DNA from: Terriglobia bacterium
GTDB lineage: Bacteria; Acidobacteriota; Terriglobia; UBA7540
Length of the DNA: 64,000 nucleotides
Assembly: GCA_050008675.1 (NCBI GenBank)
Contig: JBEKME010000016.1
Span: 14,649-78,648 of the forward strand
Direction of reading: 5' to 3'
The notes under the pieces are model-generated. The model was not told the origin of the DNA, made no database searches, and saw only the letters and a program-made list of their open reading frames with translations. This document shows positions 63,789 through 64,000 of the stretch, piece by piece (position 1 is the stretch's first letter; every line of letters starts with the position of its first letter). The position numbers and the translations under genes were made by a program.

Positions 63789-64000
63789 GTCTCCTCAGCT
63801 AGTTTACCACCCCATGCCCCTCTTGCCCGCCCGCACTCGCCACAATCCATTGTCCTGCCGACTAAGTACCTGTATTTTCAACAACATATCCGCTTTATAG
63901 GGCTAAGTGCCTTTGTTTTCAGTAGAGTCGGGGTTGGGCGCGGTTGCGACGCGGACGTCGTCCCGTTTCCCGTCCCCGCTCATCGAACCGGACGTGCGGA

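Noticed and set aside
63940-64000. Window-edge sequence whose minus strand reads PHVRFDERGRGNG, reminiscent of tails seen on some mobile-element proteins
   Set aside because: It is only about 20 codons at the window edge, with no start and no domain. It cannot be evaluated.

Overview
This is a 64-kb high-GC bacterial chromosomal window. The gene repertoire looks acidobacterial, which is an inference from three things: a 1186-aa CarboxypepD_reg-type TonB-dependent receptor, a Ser/Thr kinase fused to a TolB-like propeller, and a very large Wzx/Wzy polysaccharide locus. Layout: (1) 0.3-16.8 kb is a housekeeping block: two propeller-like proteins, the kinase, fdhD, coaD, an aminotransferase, a GDP-mannose operon, nusB, a crotonase and lepA. 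(2) 17.1-18.3 kb is a lower-GC islet with a degenerate PD-(D/E)xK-fold gene and an overlapping RelE/ParE-type toxin-antitoxin pair. (3) 19.1-40.5 kb is a 21-kb exopolysaccharide locus, all on the minus strand. It holds wza-like, wzc-like, a priming sugar transferase, GT26, wzx, wzy, GT2/GT4 genes, three FkbM methyltransferases and two flavoproteins. It shows signs of decay: a frameshifted FkbM, a GT4 remnant with an in-frame TGA, and a GT2 with no canonical start codon. (4) 41-58 kb is housekeeping again: P5C dehydrogenase, the TonB receptor, an msbA-like ABC exporter, yicC-gmk-rpoZ-coaBC-udg, a 55-aa LysW-like ORF missing from the ORF track, a lipid kinase, an orphan HicB-like gene and tyrS. 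(5) 58.6-60.8 kb is a low-GC two-gene cassette (a PD-(D/E)xK-motif protein plus a 373-aa protein of unknown family) wedged between tyrS and rnr. This is my best candidate for an undescribed defence-type system. (6) rnr carries three in-frame insertions built from repeat families that otherwise sit between genes. Superimposed on all of this are a roughly 160-bp MITE family (5 full copies plus a variant), palindromic REP-like families, and an unusual set of 7-8-nt tandem repeats deployed as inverted arrays at gene boundaries. I found no rRNA, tRNA or CRISPR array. All family calls rest on motifs read by eye; no database search was possible.
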